A DNA stretch of 44,257 nucleotides from an uncultured Planctomycetia bacterium (GCA_964450115.1 CAYVCD010000003.1:1-44257), one strand, 5' to 3'; positions 9,976 through 19,631 are shown, numbered from the stretch's first letter. Notes: generated by a model from the sequence alone, not told the origin. Translations and numbers: made by a program.

Positions 9976-10788
9976 ATGAAGAAGATAAAAGTGGGTATTG
10001 TCGGGTGCGGGACGATAGGGTCTGAGATGGCGCGTGCCTGTCAAACTACGTTGAAGAGCTCGGTAGATCTCGTGGGAATATGCGATCTCATCGAAGAGAA
10101 AGCGCTTGGCTTGCAGAAGTCTCTCAAAGAGAAGACGCCCGTTTTAAAACTTGATGATCTTATAAAAAGATCAGGCCTTATAGTAGAAGCGGCGGGAGCC
10201 AAGATCTCGGCAGATATATTAAAAAAAGCGATCACCGGCAAGAAAGACGTACTGATAATGAGTATCGGCGGTCTTCTCGGCAACGAAGGCCTATTGGATA
10301 AGGCCGAAAAAGCACGGATCAAAGTCTATCTGCCCAGCGGAGCATTGTGCGGTATCGACGGGTTAAAATCCGCTTCGGTAGGAAAGATAGATTCGGTAAC
10401 GCTTACCACGCGAAAACCCCCAAAAGGACTGGCCGGAGCACCTTACATAATAAGTAACAATATAGATCTCTCCTCTATAAAAGAGGAGACCGTTATATTT
10501 GATGGCACTGCTTCTGATGCGGTCAAAGGATTCCCGCAGAATGTAAATGTAGCGGCAGTCTTAAGCGTTGCCGGGCTTGGCGCAGCTAATACGCGCGTAA
10601 GGATAGTCACATCGCCCGACTATACAAAGAATATCCATGAGGTTGAGATAAAAGGCGAGTCAGGCAATATCATTACGAGAACCGAGAATCTCCCGTCGAA
10701 AGTCAATCCGAAGACGAGCCAGCTTGCTGTATATTCGGCCATAGCCACACTAAAAGGTATTGTTAAAAGTGTACGGATCGGAACATAG
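9976..10788 (+). CDS. nadX: L-aspartate dehydrogenase
   Basis: Rossmann GCGTIG, PSGALCGIDG, TRKPP, FPQNVNVAA, NPKTSQLA. Adjacent to nadA. Confidence 0.93.
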   Translation: MKKIKVGIVGCGTIGSEMARACQTTLKSSVDLVGICDLIEEKALGLQKSLKEKTPVLKLDDLIKRSGLIVEAAGAKISADILKKAITGKKDVLIMSIGGLLGNEGLLDKAEKARIKVYLPSGALCGIDGLKSASVGKIDSVTLTTRKPPKGLAGAPYIISNNIDLSSIKEETVIFDGTASDAVKGFPQNVNVAAVLSVAGLGAANTRVRIVTSPDYTKNIHEVEIKGESGNIITRTENLPSKVNPKTSQLAVYSAIATLKGIVKSVRIGT

Positions 10789-10791
10789 ATA

Positions 10792-11625
10792 ATGAGAGAC
10801 CTGACAAATACGGGCAGATATATATCTAACAGGATAGGCAAGGCCATTGCCGATTACGATCTTATAAGGGATAAGGATAATATCCTTGTGGCTGTATCCG
10901 GAGGCAAAGACAGCCTGACCATGTTGAAATTGTTGAACGAGAGGCGTAAATGGGCGCCGGTAGATTATAAGCTCTTCGCGGTGCATATAGAGACCGACTT
11001 CAGGTGCGCCGGATGTGTCCATACAAAGGAATTAAAGAAGATATTCGAATCCTATAATATTCCGTACAGATTTGAGAAGATAAAAGTCAAGGACAAGAAG
11101 AAGGCGACGTCGTGTTTTTGGTGCTCATGGAACAGGCGCAAGGCGCTCTTTGAGCTTGCCGATAAGCTTGGCTGCACAAAGATAGCTTTTGGCCACCATA
11201 TGGATGATATAACGGAGACGCTTCTCCTTAATATGTTCTATCACGGGGAGTTCTCAGCCATGAACCCGCGGCAGGAACTCTTTAAGGGAAAGATCGTCAT
11301 AATAAGACCGCTCTGCTATGTGGAAGAGGATGTCATAAAAAAGTTCGCCAAGGAATCTAAATTCCCGAGCCAGCTCTGCAGGTGTCCCAATGCCGAGACG
11401 TCGAAGAGGCGAATGATGAAAGATTTTATAGGGGAAGTTGAAAAAGACTGTGCCTATGCGAAGATGAACCTCTTCAGGTCCATAGGCAGGGTGAACAAGG
11501 AGTACACGCAGATAAAAGAAGTTGATTATAAATATAATGTGAAGGGAGGTGAATTTAATGGCACACAAGAAGGTTGCGAAGGTAGGGATAAAGAGGAAAA
11601 AGGGATATCTCTATTACGTCGATAA
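10792..11625 (+). CDS. ttcA: tRNA 2-thiocytidine biosynthesis TtcA-family protein
   Basis: PP-loop VAVSGGKDS, CFWC, GHHMDD, IIRPL, C-terminal CxCP. The last ~35 aa look like a read-through tail overlapping the next gene. Confidence 0.88.
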   Translation: MRDLTNTGRYISNRIGKAIADYDLIRDKDNILVAVSGGKDSLTMLKLLNERRKWAPVDYKLFAVHIETDFRCAGCVHTKELKKIFESYNIPYRFEKIKVKDKKKATSCFWCSWNRRKALFELADKLGCTKIAFGHHMDDITETLLLNMFYHGEFSAMNPRQELFKGKIVIIRPLCYVEEDVIKKFAKESKFPSQLCRCPNAETSKRRMMKDFIGEVEKDCAYAKMNLFRSIGRVNKEYTQIKEVDYKYNVKGGEFNGTQEGCEGRDKEEKGISLLRR

Positions 11626-11800
11626 GAAGGGCAATGTCGTCGAGACGAAGATGGCGAGAGGCAAGTCTAAGGGCGGCGGCGGTAAAGTTATCGCTAAACC
11701 CGGCGTAAAGAAAGAGAAGGGCTGTCTCTATTTCATCGATAAGGCAGGCGATGTATCATGCGCCAAGATGTTGAGAGGCGGTAAGAAGAAAAAGAGGTAA
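11558..11800 (+). CDS. Small (80 aa), very basic, internally duplicated protein; possible nucleic-acid-binding protein
   Basis: Strong RBS AAGGGAGGTGA before ATG 11558. Two homologous halves [28 protein letters not shown] and [28 protein letters not shown]. Confidence 0.85.
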   Translation: MAHKKVAKVGIKRKKGYLYYVDKKGNVVETKMARGKSKGGGGKVIAKPGVKKEKGCLYFIDKAGDVSCAKMLRGGKKKKR

Positions 11801-11812
11801 TAACAAAAAACG

Positions 11813-11844
11813 GGGACAGGTATCATTTTGGTGGTACCTGTCCC
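11813..11844 (+). terminator. Intergenic hairpin (terminator or small palindromic repeat)
   Basis: GGGACAGGTATCA-N6-TGGTACCTGTCCC forms a 13-bp stem with one G-U pair, preceded by an A-run and followed by TGATTTT. Confidence 0.6.
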
Positions 11845-11861
11845 TGATTTTAATAATACAT

Positions 11862-14642
11862 ATGGTAAGAGATTCTATAACGATAAGAGGCGCGAAAGAG
11901 CACAATCTTAAGAATATCGACCTCGATATCCCTCGCGATAAACTTGTAGTGATAACGGGCCTTTCCGGCTCCGGAAAATCTTCTTTAGCATTCGATACTA
12001 TATATGCCGAGGGGCAGCGCCGTTATGTCGAAAGCCTCTCAAGTTACGCCCGTCAATTCTTAGAGCAGCTCCAAAAACCCGACGTCGAGTATATAGAGGG
12101 CCTGTCGCCCGCTATAAGCATAGAACAGAGGACTGCGGGATCCAACCCGCGTTCCACGGTGGGCACTCAGACCGAGATCTACGACTATTTAAGGCTCTTA
12201 TTCGCCTCTATCGGCACTCCGCATTGCCCCAAATGTAAAAAACCTATAACCCGTCAGACTTCGCAGGAGATAGTCGCCCAGGTGATGCGCCTGCCTCAGG
12301 ATTCTAAGATAATTATCCTGGCCCCTGTAGTAAAAGGAAGAAAAGGAGAGCATAAAGATATTCTCCAAAAGGCGAAGAAGGATGGATTCGTAAGGGTCAG
12401 GATCGACGGCACCATCCATGAGCTCGAAAGATCCGTTACCCCGGATAAAAATAAGACGCACAATATCGAGATAGTGGTCGACAGGATCGTTTTAAAAGGC
12501 GACGAGGTCCGTAAGCGCCTGACAGATTCCGTAGAGACCGCCCTTGAGATAGGTAAAGGCCTGATAATAGTAAGCGCGGACAAAGACACTTTATACAGCG
12601 AGCTCTATGCGTGCATAGGCTGCGGTATCAGTTTAGGCGAGATAGCGCCGAGGATATTTTCGTTCAATTCGCCGTACGGAGCGTGCCCCGTATGCGACGG
12701 ACTCGGAAATAAGATGGAGATAGATCCCGAACTTGTCATATCGGACAAGTCAAGGCCGGTCATAAGCGCCGTCGATGCATGGAGGCGCGGGGGCAAGGGG
12801 CTGTACCTTTATTACAGGCGCCTTTTACGTTCCGCCGCCCGAGAATACGGATTCGATGTGGAGACGCCTTTTAAGGACCTCCCTAAGGATATTAAAAAAT
12901 TAGTCCTTTATGGAGAGGCTGAAAAGAAGTGGGGCAGTTTTGAAGGCGTCGTACCGAACCTGGAGAGGCGATTCCGCGAAACTGAGAGCGAATTCATAAA
13001 GACCGAGATAAATAAGTACATGTCCGTTCAGCCCTGTCCCGAATGTAACGGTATGAGGCTAAAGAAAGAGAGCCTCTCGGTCACTATAGATGGCAGAAAC
13101 ATAGCCGAGGTCTCCGGTCTATCGATAAAAGCTATGAGAGAATTTTTATCCGGACTTAAACTTACAAAGGCCCAAACCACCATCGCTCATCAGGTGTTGA
13201 AAGAGATCAATGCGCGCTTGCAGTTCATGATAAATGTAGGCCTTGATTATCTTACGCTTGACAGGCGCAGTTTCACTCTATCCGGCGGTGAAGCGCAGCG
13301 TATAAGATTGGCTACGCAGATAGGTTCGGGCTTAGTCGGAGTGATCTATATCCTGGATGAGCCCAGTATTGGGCTGCACCAGAAAGACAATTCGAAGCTT
13401 CTGGACACTCTTATAACGCTGAAGGGCCTTGGCAATACTCTGATCGTTGTGGAGCATGATGAGGCCACGATAAGGAAGGCCGACCACATCATAGATCTTG
13501 GGCCCGGCGCCGGGGAGCATGGCGGTAGGGTGCTTGTCAGCGGGACGCTTAAAGATGTGCTCGATTCCGCGGAGTCACTAACCGGAAAATACTTAAGAGG
13601 GGAGCTCAAGATCAAGATACCCCAGACGAGAAAGCCTTATGCAAAACAGAAGAAGCTTAAAATAATAGGCGCCCGCGAACATAACCTGAAAGACATAACC
13701 GTTGAGATACCCCTCGGGCGTTTTGTGTGCGTTACGGGAGTGTCGGGGTCGGGCAAGAGCACTTTGGTGGACGAGATATTGTTCAAAACGCTGGCCAAGA
13801 GGCTATACAGGTCCAAGGAGAAGCCTGGAGCCCATGAAAAGATAGAGGGAATAGAGTTTATAGACAAGGTGATAGTGATAGACCAGTCGCCCATAGGAAG
13901 GACTCCGCGCTCGAATCCCGCTACATACACGGGCGCATTCGCGCCCATCAGGGACATGTTCGCTAAACTCCCCGACGCTAAAGTCCGCGGCTATAAGCCG
14001 GGAAGGTTCAGTTTTAATGTCAAGGGCGGTCGGTGCGAAGCCTGCACGGGGGACGGCATAAAGAAGATAGAGATGCATTTTTTGCCCGATATATACGTGC
14101 AGTGCGAGGTATGTAAAGGAAAGAGGTTCAACGAACAGACGCTCGATGTAAAGTATAAAGGCCGCTCGATAGCCGACGCGCTCGATATGTCGGTCGAGGA
14201 TGCGCTCGTTCTATTTACAAATATACCATCCGTAAGAAATAAGTTAAAGACGCTCAATGACGTAGGCTTGGGCTACGTAAAGTTGGGCCAATCCGCCACG
14301 ACCCTTTCGGGCGGCGAGGCGCAGAGGATAAAGCTCGCCACCGAACTGGCGAAGACGTCCACCGGCAGGACTTTCTACATACTGGATGAGCCCACCACGG
14401 GTCTCCATTTTGCGGACATAAGCAAGCTATTGGAGGTCCTTCATGCGCTTGTCGATCAGGGGAATACCGTGCTCGTCATAGAGCACAACCTCGATGTGGT
14501 AAAGACCGCCGACTATATAATAGATCTCGGACCCGACGGCGGCGATGGCGGGGGAGAAGTCGTAGCGGCAGGCACTCCGGAGGAGATCGTTAAAAATAAA
14601 AAGTCATACACCGGGCAATATTTAAAAGAGGTCTTAAAGTGA
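11862..14642 (+). CDS. uvrA: Excinuclease ABC subunit A
   Basis: GAKEHNLKN, two Walker A motifs ([18 protein letters not shown]), two LSGGEAQR signatures, LDEP, CxxC zinc fingers. Confidence 0.98.
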   Translation: MVRDSITIRGAKEHNLKNIDLDIPRDKLVVITGLSGSGKSSLAFDTIYAEGQRRYVESLSSYARQFLEQLQKPDVEYIEGLSPAISIEQRTAGSNPRSTVGTQTEIYDYLRLLFASIGTPHCPKCKKPITRQTSQEIVAQVMRLPQDSKIIILAPVVKGRKGEHKDILQKAKKDGFVRVRIDGTIHELERSVTPDKNKTHNIEIVVDRIVLKGDEVRKRLTDSVETALEIGKGLIIVSADKDTLYSELYACIGCGISLGEIAPRIFSFNSPYGACPVCDGLGNKMEIDPELVISDKSRPVISAVDAWRRGGKGLYLYYRRLLRSAAREYGFDVETPFKDLPKDIKKLVLYGEAEKKWGSFEGVVPNLERRFRETESEFIKTEINKYMSVQPCPECNGMRLKKESLSVTIDGRNIAEVSGLSIKAMREFLSGLKLTKAQTTIAHQVLKEINARLQFMINVGLDYLTLDRRSFTLSGGEAQRIRLATQIGSGLVGVIYILDEPSIGLHQKDNSKLLDTLITLKGLGNTLIVVEHDEATIRKADHIIDLGPGAGEHGGRVLVSGTLKDVLDSAESLTGKYLRGELKIKIPQTRKPYAKQKKLKIIGAREHNLKDITVEIPLGRFVCVTGVSGSGKSTLVDEILFKTLAKRLYRSKEKPGAHEKIEGIEFIDKVIVIDQSPIGRTPRSNPATYTGAFAPIRDMFAKLPDAKVRGYKPGRFSFNVKGGRCEACTGDGIKKIEMHFLPDIYVQCEVCKGKRFNEQTLDVKYKGRSIADALDMSVEDALVLFTNIPSVRNKLKTLNDVGLGYVKLGQSATTLSGGEAQRIKLATELAKTSTGRTFYILDEPTTGLHFADISKLLEVLHALVDQGNTVLVIEHNLDVVKTADYIIDLGPDGGDGGGEVVAAGTPEEIVKNKKSYTGQYLKEVLK

Positions 14643-16555
14643 AATTGAAGCTCAGAATAATGTCATTCCCGCGAAAGCGGGAATCTATAGTAAATTTTGT
14701 TTGTGGATTCCCGATTAAAGCATTCGGGAATGACATTGTAACAGCTGTATTTTTCTTGTTTCTCTTTTCCTCTCTCTGTTTCGCTCAAAGCGGCGAAGAG
14801 GCTGAGTTCACGTTCGCGAAGAAAGCCTTTAGCGACGGCTTCTACGCGCTTGCCCAGGAGAACCTCGAGGATTTTCTGCACGCCTACCCGGCGACGACGC
14901 ACCTTTATGAAGCCCATCTTCTTATGGCGCGCTCCCTCTACTACCAGAACGAGCTTAAGAGATCATACAATGAATTCGATATAGTATTGAATGCGCCAAA
15001 TGCAAGCGGATTTGAGGACAGCGCCATATACTGGATGGGCGACATATATTTTAAGGGGCAGGATTACGAGAAGGCCCTTGGGTCGTATCAGAAGATATTG
15101 GACGACTATCCGGCGTCAAAATATTCCGGCTACGCCGCATATTCAAAGGCATGGGCCTATTATAAGCTCGGGTTCCTGGAGGATGCCATAATGGCTTTCG
15201 GGGAGGTCGTCTCGAAATACAATTTCGAAAAGATAGGCATGGAGTCGATGTTCAAGATAGGTGAGTGCGAATATCTTCTGGGCAGGTACCGGGAAGCCGA
15301 AAGGTCCCTCAACGATTACATAGAAAAGTATCCTCTTTCGGAGAGAATAGCCGAAAGCTATTATCTTATGGGAGACGCAGGATCCAAGCAGGGTAAATAT
15401 AGTGACTCGATAGGTTATTTCAACAGAGCCATGTCGATATCGCCAGGGGCCAAATGGTACGCGTTCGCTTTATACAGGACCGCGCAGGGTTATTTCAATG
15501 TGAATAATTATGATGAAAGCCTTAAAAGGTTCGCCGAATGCGTTAAAAATTCAAAGAATGTTTTTTTGATAAGCAATTCGCTTGTCGGTATGGCCATCAA
15601 TTATCAGATGAAGGGCATGGCTCAGGACGCTCTTAAGGTTTGCGATGATATCGCAGCGAGATTCCCGAAGAGTGATGCGCATATAGAAGCATCTTATATA
15701 AAAGCAAAGATACTGAATGGAGAGAAGAGGTATAAGGAAGCTGAAGAGACCTGTCTTGCGGGGATCGATAGTTTTACTGCGGATAAGACCGGGAAATTAT
15801 ATTATGAACTGGGATTGGCCTATAGTAAAAGAGGTAATGACAAAGAAGCGCTGGGCTATTTGGAAACGGCGATAAAGCATCTAAAGAACGAGAAATTAGC
15901 CTCAAGCGCGTTATGCAAGGCGGGCGATATATACTTCGAAGCCGGCGATCTTGATAAAGCCATGGAGAGATTCGATGCGGTGCTAAACTTTTATGCGGAC
16001 AGCCCGTCGGCCGACTACGCACAATTTAGCGTCGGCAATATATTCCTGGCCCAAAAGAAGTATGACCGCGCGATCATTTCGTTCCAGAGCGCCGTCACTC
16101 TATTTCCGGGGTCTTTCTTAAAAGAAAAGATAATGTTTAAATTGGCACTGGCATACTTTAGCAAGGAAGATTTTATACGCGCGGCTGAAGAGTTCGGAAA
16201 ACTGCCGGGTGATGCAGCCAGATTTTATCTTGCCAACTCTCTGTATAATATGAATAAGTATGATGAGGCGCTGGAGATATTCAGGGAGATAGTAAAGAGC
16301 TCTGCCGATAGACCCATAGCGGAGCACGCGCAATATCAGACTGGGTGGTGTTATTACAGGATGAATAAGGACATGGAAGCCGTGGATAGTTTTGACGCTT
16401 TCCTGAAAAATTATCCCGATTCTAAATTCAGGCCTGATGCGTTAAGCCAATCCGCCGCTATACTATCAAGCGCTGCCCAAAATTTTGAAAAATGGAAGAT
16501 GCCCGACGATGCGGCAAGATTGAATAAAAGAGCGGAAGAACTAAAGAGGAGGTAG
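14639..16555 (+). CDS. Exported tetratricopeptide-repeat protein (BamD/CpoB-like repeats)
   Basis: Many TPR units ending in YP-S/FP-S turns. Signal peptide interrupted by a palindromic element. GTG overlaps the uvrA TGA. Confidence 0.88.
   Translation: MKLKLRIMSFPRKRESIVNFVCGFPIKAFGNDIVTAVFFLFLFSSLCFAQSGEEAEFTFAKKAFSDGFYALAQENLEDFLHAYPATTHLYEAHLLMARSLYYQNELKRSYNEFDIVLNAPNASGFEDSAIYWMGDIYFKGQDYEKALGSYQKILDDYPASKYSGYAAYSKAWAYYKLGFLEDAIMAFGEVVSKYNFEKIGMESMFKIGECEYLLGRYREAERSLNDYIEKYPLSERIAESYYLMGDAGSKQGKYSDSIGYFNRAMSISPGAKWYAFALYRTAQGYFNVNNYDESLKRFAECVKNSKNVFLISNSLVGMAINYQMKGMAQDALKVCDDIAARFPKSDAHIEASYIKAKILNGEKRYKEAEETCLAGIDSFTADKTGKLYYELGLAYSKRGNDKEALGYLETAIKHLKNEKLASSALCKAGDIYFEAGDLDKAMERFDAVLNFYADSPSADYAQFSVGNIFLAQKKYDRAIISFQSAVTLFPGSFLKEKIMFKLALAYFSKEDFIRAAEEFGKLPGDAARFYLANSLYNMNKYDEALEIFREIVKSSADRPIAEHAQYQTGWCYYRMNKDMEAVDSFDAFLKNYPDSKFRPDALSQSAAILSSAAQNFEKWKMPDDAARLNKRAEELKRR
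14659..14737. repeat. Palindromic REP/RPE-like element (GTCATTCCCGCGAAAGCGGGAATC...GATTCCCG...CGGGAATGAC type), in-frame in the TPR gene
   Basis: Perfect 13-bp terminal inverted repeat AATGTCATTCCCG / CGGGAATGACATT plus two internal hairpins (ATTCCCGCGAAAGCGGGAAT and ATTCCCGA-N8-TCGGGAAT). Confidence 0.85.
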
Positions 16556-16557
16556 CC

Positions 16558-17190
16558 ATGTGGGATTTGATACAAAAGGGCGGGCCGGTCATGTACCTGA
16601 TAATGATACTGTCGGTCATATCGCTGGCCATAATAATAGAGAGGATCTATAACCTGAACAGGGCGAGGATCGATTCGCAGAAGTTCATGGACGATATCAT
16701 AAATTTCCTTAAACACAATAAAGTTATAGAGTCCATAGAGATGTGCAATAAGACGCCCGGGCCGATCGCCCATATCATCAAGGCCGGGATACTGAAGCAC
16801 GATAGGTCGAAGCCCGAGATAAAGGAGGCTATAGACGAGGCTGCCCAGCTTGAGATACCGCGCATGGAGAAACATCTTCCCATACTGGCAACTATAGCGC
16901 ATATCGCGCCTCTATTAGGATTGCTCGGTACGGTGAGCGGCATGATCAAAGCGTTCCAGGTAATACAGAACAAGGCGGCGACAATGACACCGGTAAATCC
17001 CGGGGATCTGGCCGCTGGGATCTGGGAGTCGCTACTTGCCACGCTGGCGGGATTATTGGTAGCTATACCCACCTACGTCGCTTATAACTATCTCGTGAAT
17101 CAGGTGGATAGCCTGGCTTATGATATGGAGAGGAGCGCTACCGATCTCGTCAATCTCTTATCGTCGAGAAGGGATACATATGAAGTTTAA
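16558..17190 (+). CDS. MotA/TolQ/ExbB proton channel family protein
   Basis: KGGPVM start, APLLGLLGTVSGMI, GIWESLLATLAGLLVAIP. Confidence 0.93.
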   Translation: MWDLIQKGGPVMYLIMILSVISLAIIIERIYNLNRARIDSQKFMDDIINFLKHNKVIESIEMCNKTPGPIAHIIKAGILKHDRSKPEIKEAIDEAAQLEIPRMEKHLPILATIAHIAPLLGLLGTVSGMIKAFQVIQNKAATMTPVNPGDLAAGIWESLLATLAGLLVAIPTYVAYNYLVNQVDSLAYDMERSATDLVNLLSSRRDTYEV

Positions 17191-17572
17191 GAGACGGCTT
17201 AAGATAGAGAAGGGCATGATAGACCTCACGCCGATGGTAAACATCTTCTTCCTGCTCTTCATATTCTTTCTATTTACATCGAGTTTTATATTCCAGCCGG
17301 GCATAAAGGTCAGTCTTCCGAAAGCAGTGACGAGTGAAGTCATGCAACTGGATAATGTCACAGTCACCGTGACCAGGGATGACAAGATATATCTGGAGGA
17401 TAAGCAGGTCACTACCGAAGAACTTGCATCACGCTTAAAGGTATTGGCAAAGGAGAAGATGGGGCTGTTGATAAAGGCCGATAGCCGCGCTCCGCTGGGC
17501 CGGATAGTAGAGATATGGGATGCATGCAGGAGAGAAGGCGTTTCGCAGATCAACATAGCGACAAATCAATAA
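17180..17572 (+). CDS. ExbD/TolR biopolymer transport protein
   Basis: IDLTPMVNIFFLLFIFF anchor, VSLPKA, LIKAD, INIAT. Start at ATG 17180 (MKFKRR) preferred over the ORF-track start. Confidence 0.9.
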   Translation: MKFKRRLKIEKGMIDLTPMVNIFFLLFIFFLFTSSFIFQPGIKVSLPKAVTSEVMQLDNVTVTVTRDDKIYLEDKQVTTEELASRLKVLAKEKMGLLIKADSRAPLGRIVEIWDACRREGVSQINIATNQ

Positions 17573-17573
17573 G

Positions 17574-17957
17574 ATGAGAAGAGACCGCGTACTTTTATCG
17601 GCAATTCTATTTTCGGCTGTATGGCATCTGTTCTGGCTTTCGGCCTTGACCGTAGTGGTGGTGCCTAAAGATACGAAGCCGCCAAAGTTCTCCAGCGTAT
17701 CATTCCTGGGGCCTATATTGGGAGAGAGTATGCTGGGGGTGAGCTCCGCCGTACATGAGCGCTCCATCCCGGAAAAGAGGTATCTTTCCGAGATAGAAAA
17801 TTCATCCGTGCTTATAAGGCAGATGGACTATCCTGACGTTTATTTCGAATCTGGCCCGGATGCCGCAAGCGATGCCTTTGAATCCGATGAAATGCTTACA
17901 GCTCTCGCCATATCGGCGATTGACGGTGATAAGATGGAGCCCGGCAATTCCCAATAA
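17574..17957 (+). CDS. Short TonB/TolA-like membrane-anchored protein lacking a recognisable C-terminal TonB domain
   Basis: TM helix with SxxxH (SAVWH) motif directly after exbB/exbD-like genes, followed by an acidic tail. Confidence 0.55.
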   Translation: MRRDRVLLSAILFSAVWHLFWLSALTVVVVPKDTKPPKFSSVSFLGPILGESMLGVSSAVHERSIPEKRYLSEIENSSVLIRQMDYPDVYFESGPDAASDAFESDEMLTALAISAIDGDKMEPGNSQ

Positions 17958-17990
17958 TTGTTTGTATTTGCAGTATTATATGGTAATATT

Positions 17991-18245
17991 ATGATAAGGA
18001 TTGAGATAGCGACACTGGTATTCTTCTATATTCTCTTCTCTGTTATAGCCATACTTATTACATGGGCTATATTGGGATATAGAAGGATGAGAGGCGTCTC
18101 CGGATCCGTCAATAATGCGGAGCTCATCTGGAAGTGCTCCATATGTTTTCATGATTACATAGATAGTTTGCACGATGATATATCGGTATGCCCTCTATGC
18201 GGCAGTTACAATAAGAGGGAAAAATCGGGGAGGGTTAACAAATGA
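17991..18245 (+). CDS. Membrane-anchored zinc-ribbon protein
   Basis: N-terminal TM helix, then CSIC...CPLCGS. ATG 17991 preferred over TTG 17958. Confidence 0.7.
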   Translation: MIRIEIATLVFFYILFSVIAILITWAILGYRRMRGVSGSVNNAELIWKCSICFHDYIDSLHDDISVCPLCGSYNKREKSGRVNK

Positions 18246-18442
18246 TCACCGAGATAGGGATTACAGCTGGAGATATTTGGCATTACCTTGACACCCACGG
18301 CAAGGGTACCTTAAGAGACATTGCCGGATCTATCAATACCGACAGGGACAGGGTGCTTATGAGTATAGGATGGCTGGCACGAGAAGGCCATGTTATAGTC
18401 GAGAAGTCGGGATCAGATTTTCAGGTATATTTGAGGAGATAG
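18242..18442 (+). CDS. Small winged helix-turn-helix protein (DUF2582-like)
   Basis: IGITAGDIWHYL...MSIGWLAREG pattern typical of this family. Confidence 0.8.
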   Translation: MITEIGITAGDIWHYLDTHGKGTLRDIAGSINTDRDRVLMSIGWLAREGHVIVEKSGSDFQVYLRR

Positions 18443-18457
18443 ATAAGGGGGGAGCGT

Positions 18458-18730
18458 ATGGTCGAAAATAAAATTACTCGCGATGAAGAAGAGGTGCCGA
18501 TAGTTCCTCCGCTAAAGGTTATCGATCATAAGACTATCAATAAGCGTTTTGGATGGTGGTCCGCGGTGGTCCTGTTGGAAAGCTATGGCAGGAAGCAGGT
18601 CTGCTTCTATCTCTGGCAGAAGAAACCTGAAGGCGGATGGAAGAGGAAGCAGAAGTTCGCCGTACATAATCAGCAGGACTGGGTGCTGATCCAGGAAGCG
18701 GTCAGCCCGATGATAGAGAATCTTACGTAG
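18458..18730 (+). CDS. Hypothetical protein (Trp/Lys-rich beta strands plus C-terminal helix)
   Basis: RBS GGGGGAG, 90-aa ORF on the operon strand. Confidence 0.7.
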   Translation: MVENKITRDEEEVPIVPPLKVIDHKTINKRFGWWSAVVLLESYGRKQVCFYLWQKKPEGGWKRKQKFAVHNQQDWVLIQEAVSPMIENLT

Positions 18731-18784
18731 AGATTAGAGTCATATCCTACCAGAAAGAATGCGTTTTTCCTTACTAATTATCCC

Positions 18785-19105
18785 ATGGCTAAAGATTATA
18801 TAGTTATAATGGTCACTTGCGCATCAGAAGAAGAGGCCCGTAAGATATCCGAGCGGCTTCTTGCGAAACGGTTAGTAGCGTGCGCCAATATACTGCCGAA
18901 GATAGAGTCAAGATTCTGGTGGAGGGGAAAGATAGATAGCGCTACCGAGCTTCTATTGACCATGAAGACGGTAAGGTCGAACTTTAAAAAGATAGAAGCA
19001 GAAATAAAGCGACTTCACAGCTATGAGGTTCCCGAGATAATAGCATTACCCATTGTATTAGGCAGCAGAGATTATCTTGACTGGATAAGCCGGAATATTG
19101 TATAG
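18785..19105 (+). CDS. cutA: Divalent-cation tolerance protein CutA
   Basis: LVACANI, SRFWWRGKI, LHSYEVPEIIA, YLDWI. Confidence 0.95.
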   Translation: MAKDYIVIMVTCASEEEARKISERLLAKRLVACANILPKIESRFWWRGKIDSATELLLTMKTVRSNFKKIEAEIKRLHSYEVPEIIALPIVLGSRDYLDWISRNIV

Positions 19106-19128
19106 TATTTCACGTCATTAAAAATAGT

Positions 19129-19204
19129 GGGGATGTAGCTCAGTTGGAAGAGCACTTCGTTCGCAACGAAGGGGTCGCCAGTTCGACTCTGGTCATCTCC
19201 ACCA
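19129..19204 (+). tRNA. tRNA-Ala (anticodon CGC)
   Basis: 76-nt cloverleaf: acceptor GGGGATG/CATCTCC with the G3:U70 Ala determinant, anticodon arm CTTCG-TTCGCAA-CGAAG, GTTCGA T-loop, encoded CCA. Confidence 0.97.
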
Positions 19205-19320
19205 TTCTGCTTCGCCCTTCGGCTAGATATGGCCGGTAGGGCTTCGCAGGAATTGTAGCGAAGCAGAATGTCCCTCCGAAGCCCTACCATCGTTCTGGTG
19301 TTGAAGGGCGAAGGAGGACA
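19203..19320. repeat. Multi-palindromic structured element abutting the tRNA 3' end
   Basis: Three perfect complementary pairs: 19203-19215/19258-19270, 19235-19246/19277-19288 and 19210-19220/19303-19313. Confidence 0.75.
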
Positions 19321-19462
19321 CTTAACGATCGCCTTCGGCGACATATGATGGAGAGTATTTCTCCTCCCTTTAGCAAACCCACCTCTTTACATACGTGTGC
19401 CCTCTGGATTATGCTAGTCGTGCTTCATCTATTAAGATATCAAAAAGTAAGGTAGCATAGCC

Positions 19463-19490
19463 TTGAATTACTATTATTATAGGGTAAACT
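19463..19490 (+). promoter_or_regulatory. Possible sigma70-type promoter for the giant gene
   Basis: TTGAAT-16 bp-TAAACT in the AT-rich intergenic region. Confidence 0.3.
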
Positions 19491-19631
19491 TATATATAGA
19501 GATGAGATTGGTTGCGATTAAAGGTTAATTTTAACAATAACGCGCTAGTTAAAATACCTGTTATTATGGTATTCCCATACTAGCAGGAATTTTTTTGTTC
19601 TGTAATTAAAAAAGTTTAAAAAGGCAGGGAT

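Noticed and set aside
17120-17179. Longer ExbD N-terminus from the ORF track
   Set aside because: It would overlap exbB by 71 nt; MKFKRR at 17180 is the typical start.
19072-19344. 90-aa minus-strand ORF
   Set aside because: It is antisense to tRNA-Ala and the palindromic trailer, with no protein features.
19205-19631. Known riboswitch upstream of the giant gene
   Set aside because: I could not match consensus motifs of c-di-GMP, SAM, TPP, T-box or similar classes by eye. An Rfam scan would be needed.
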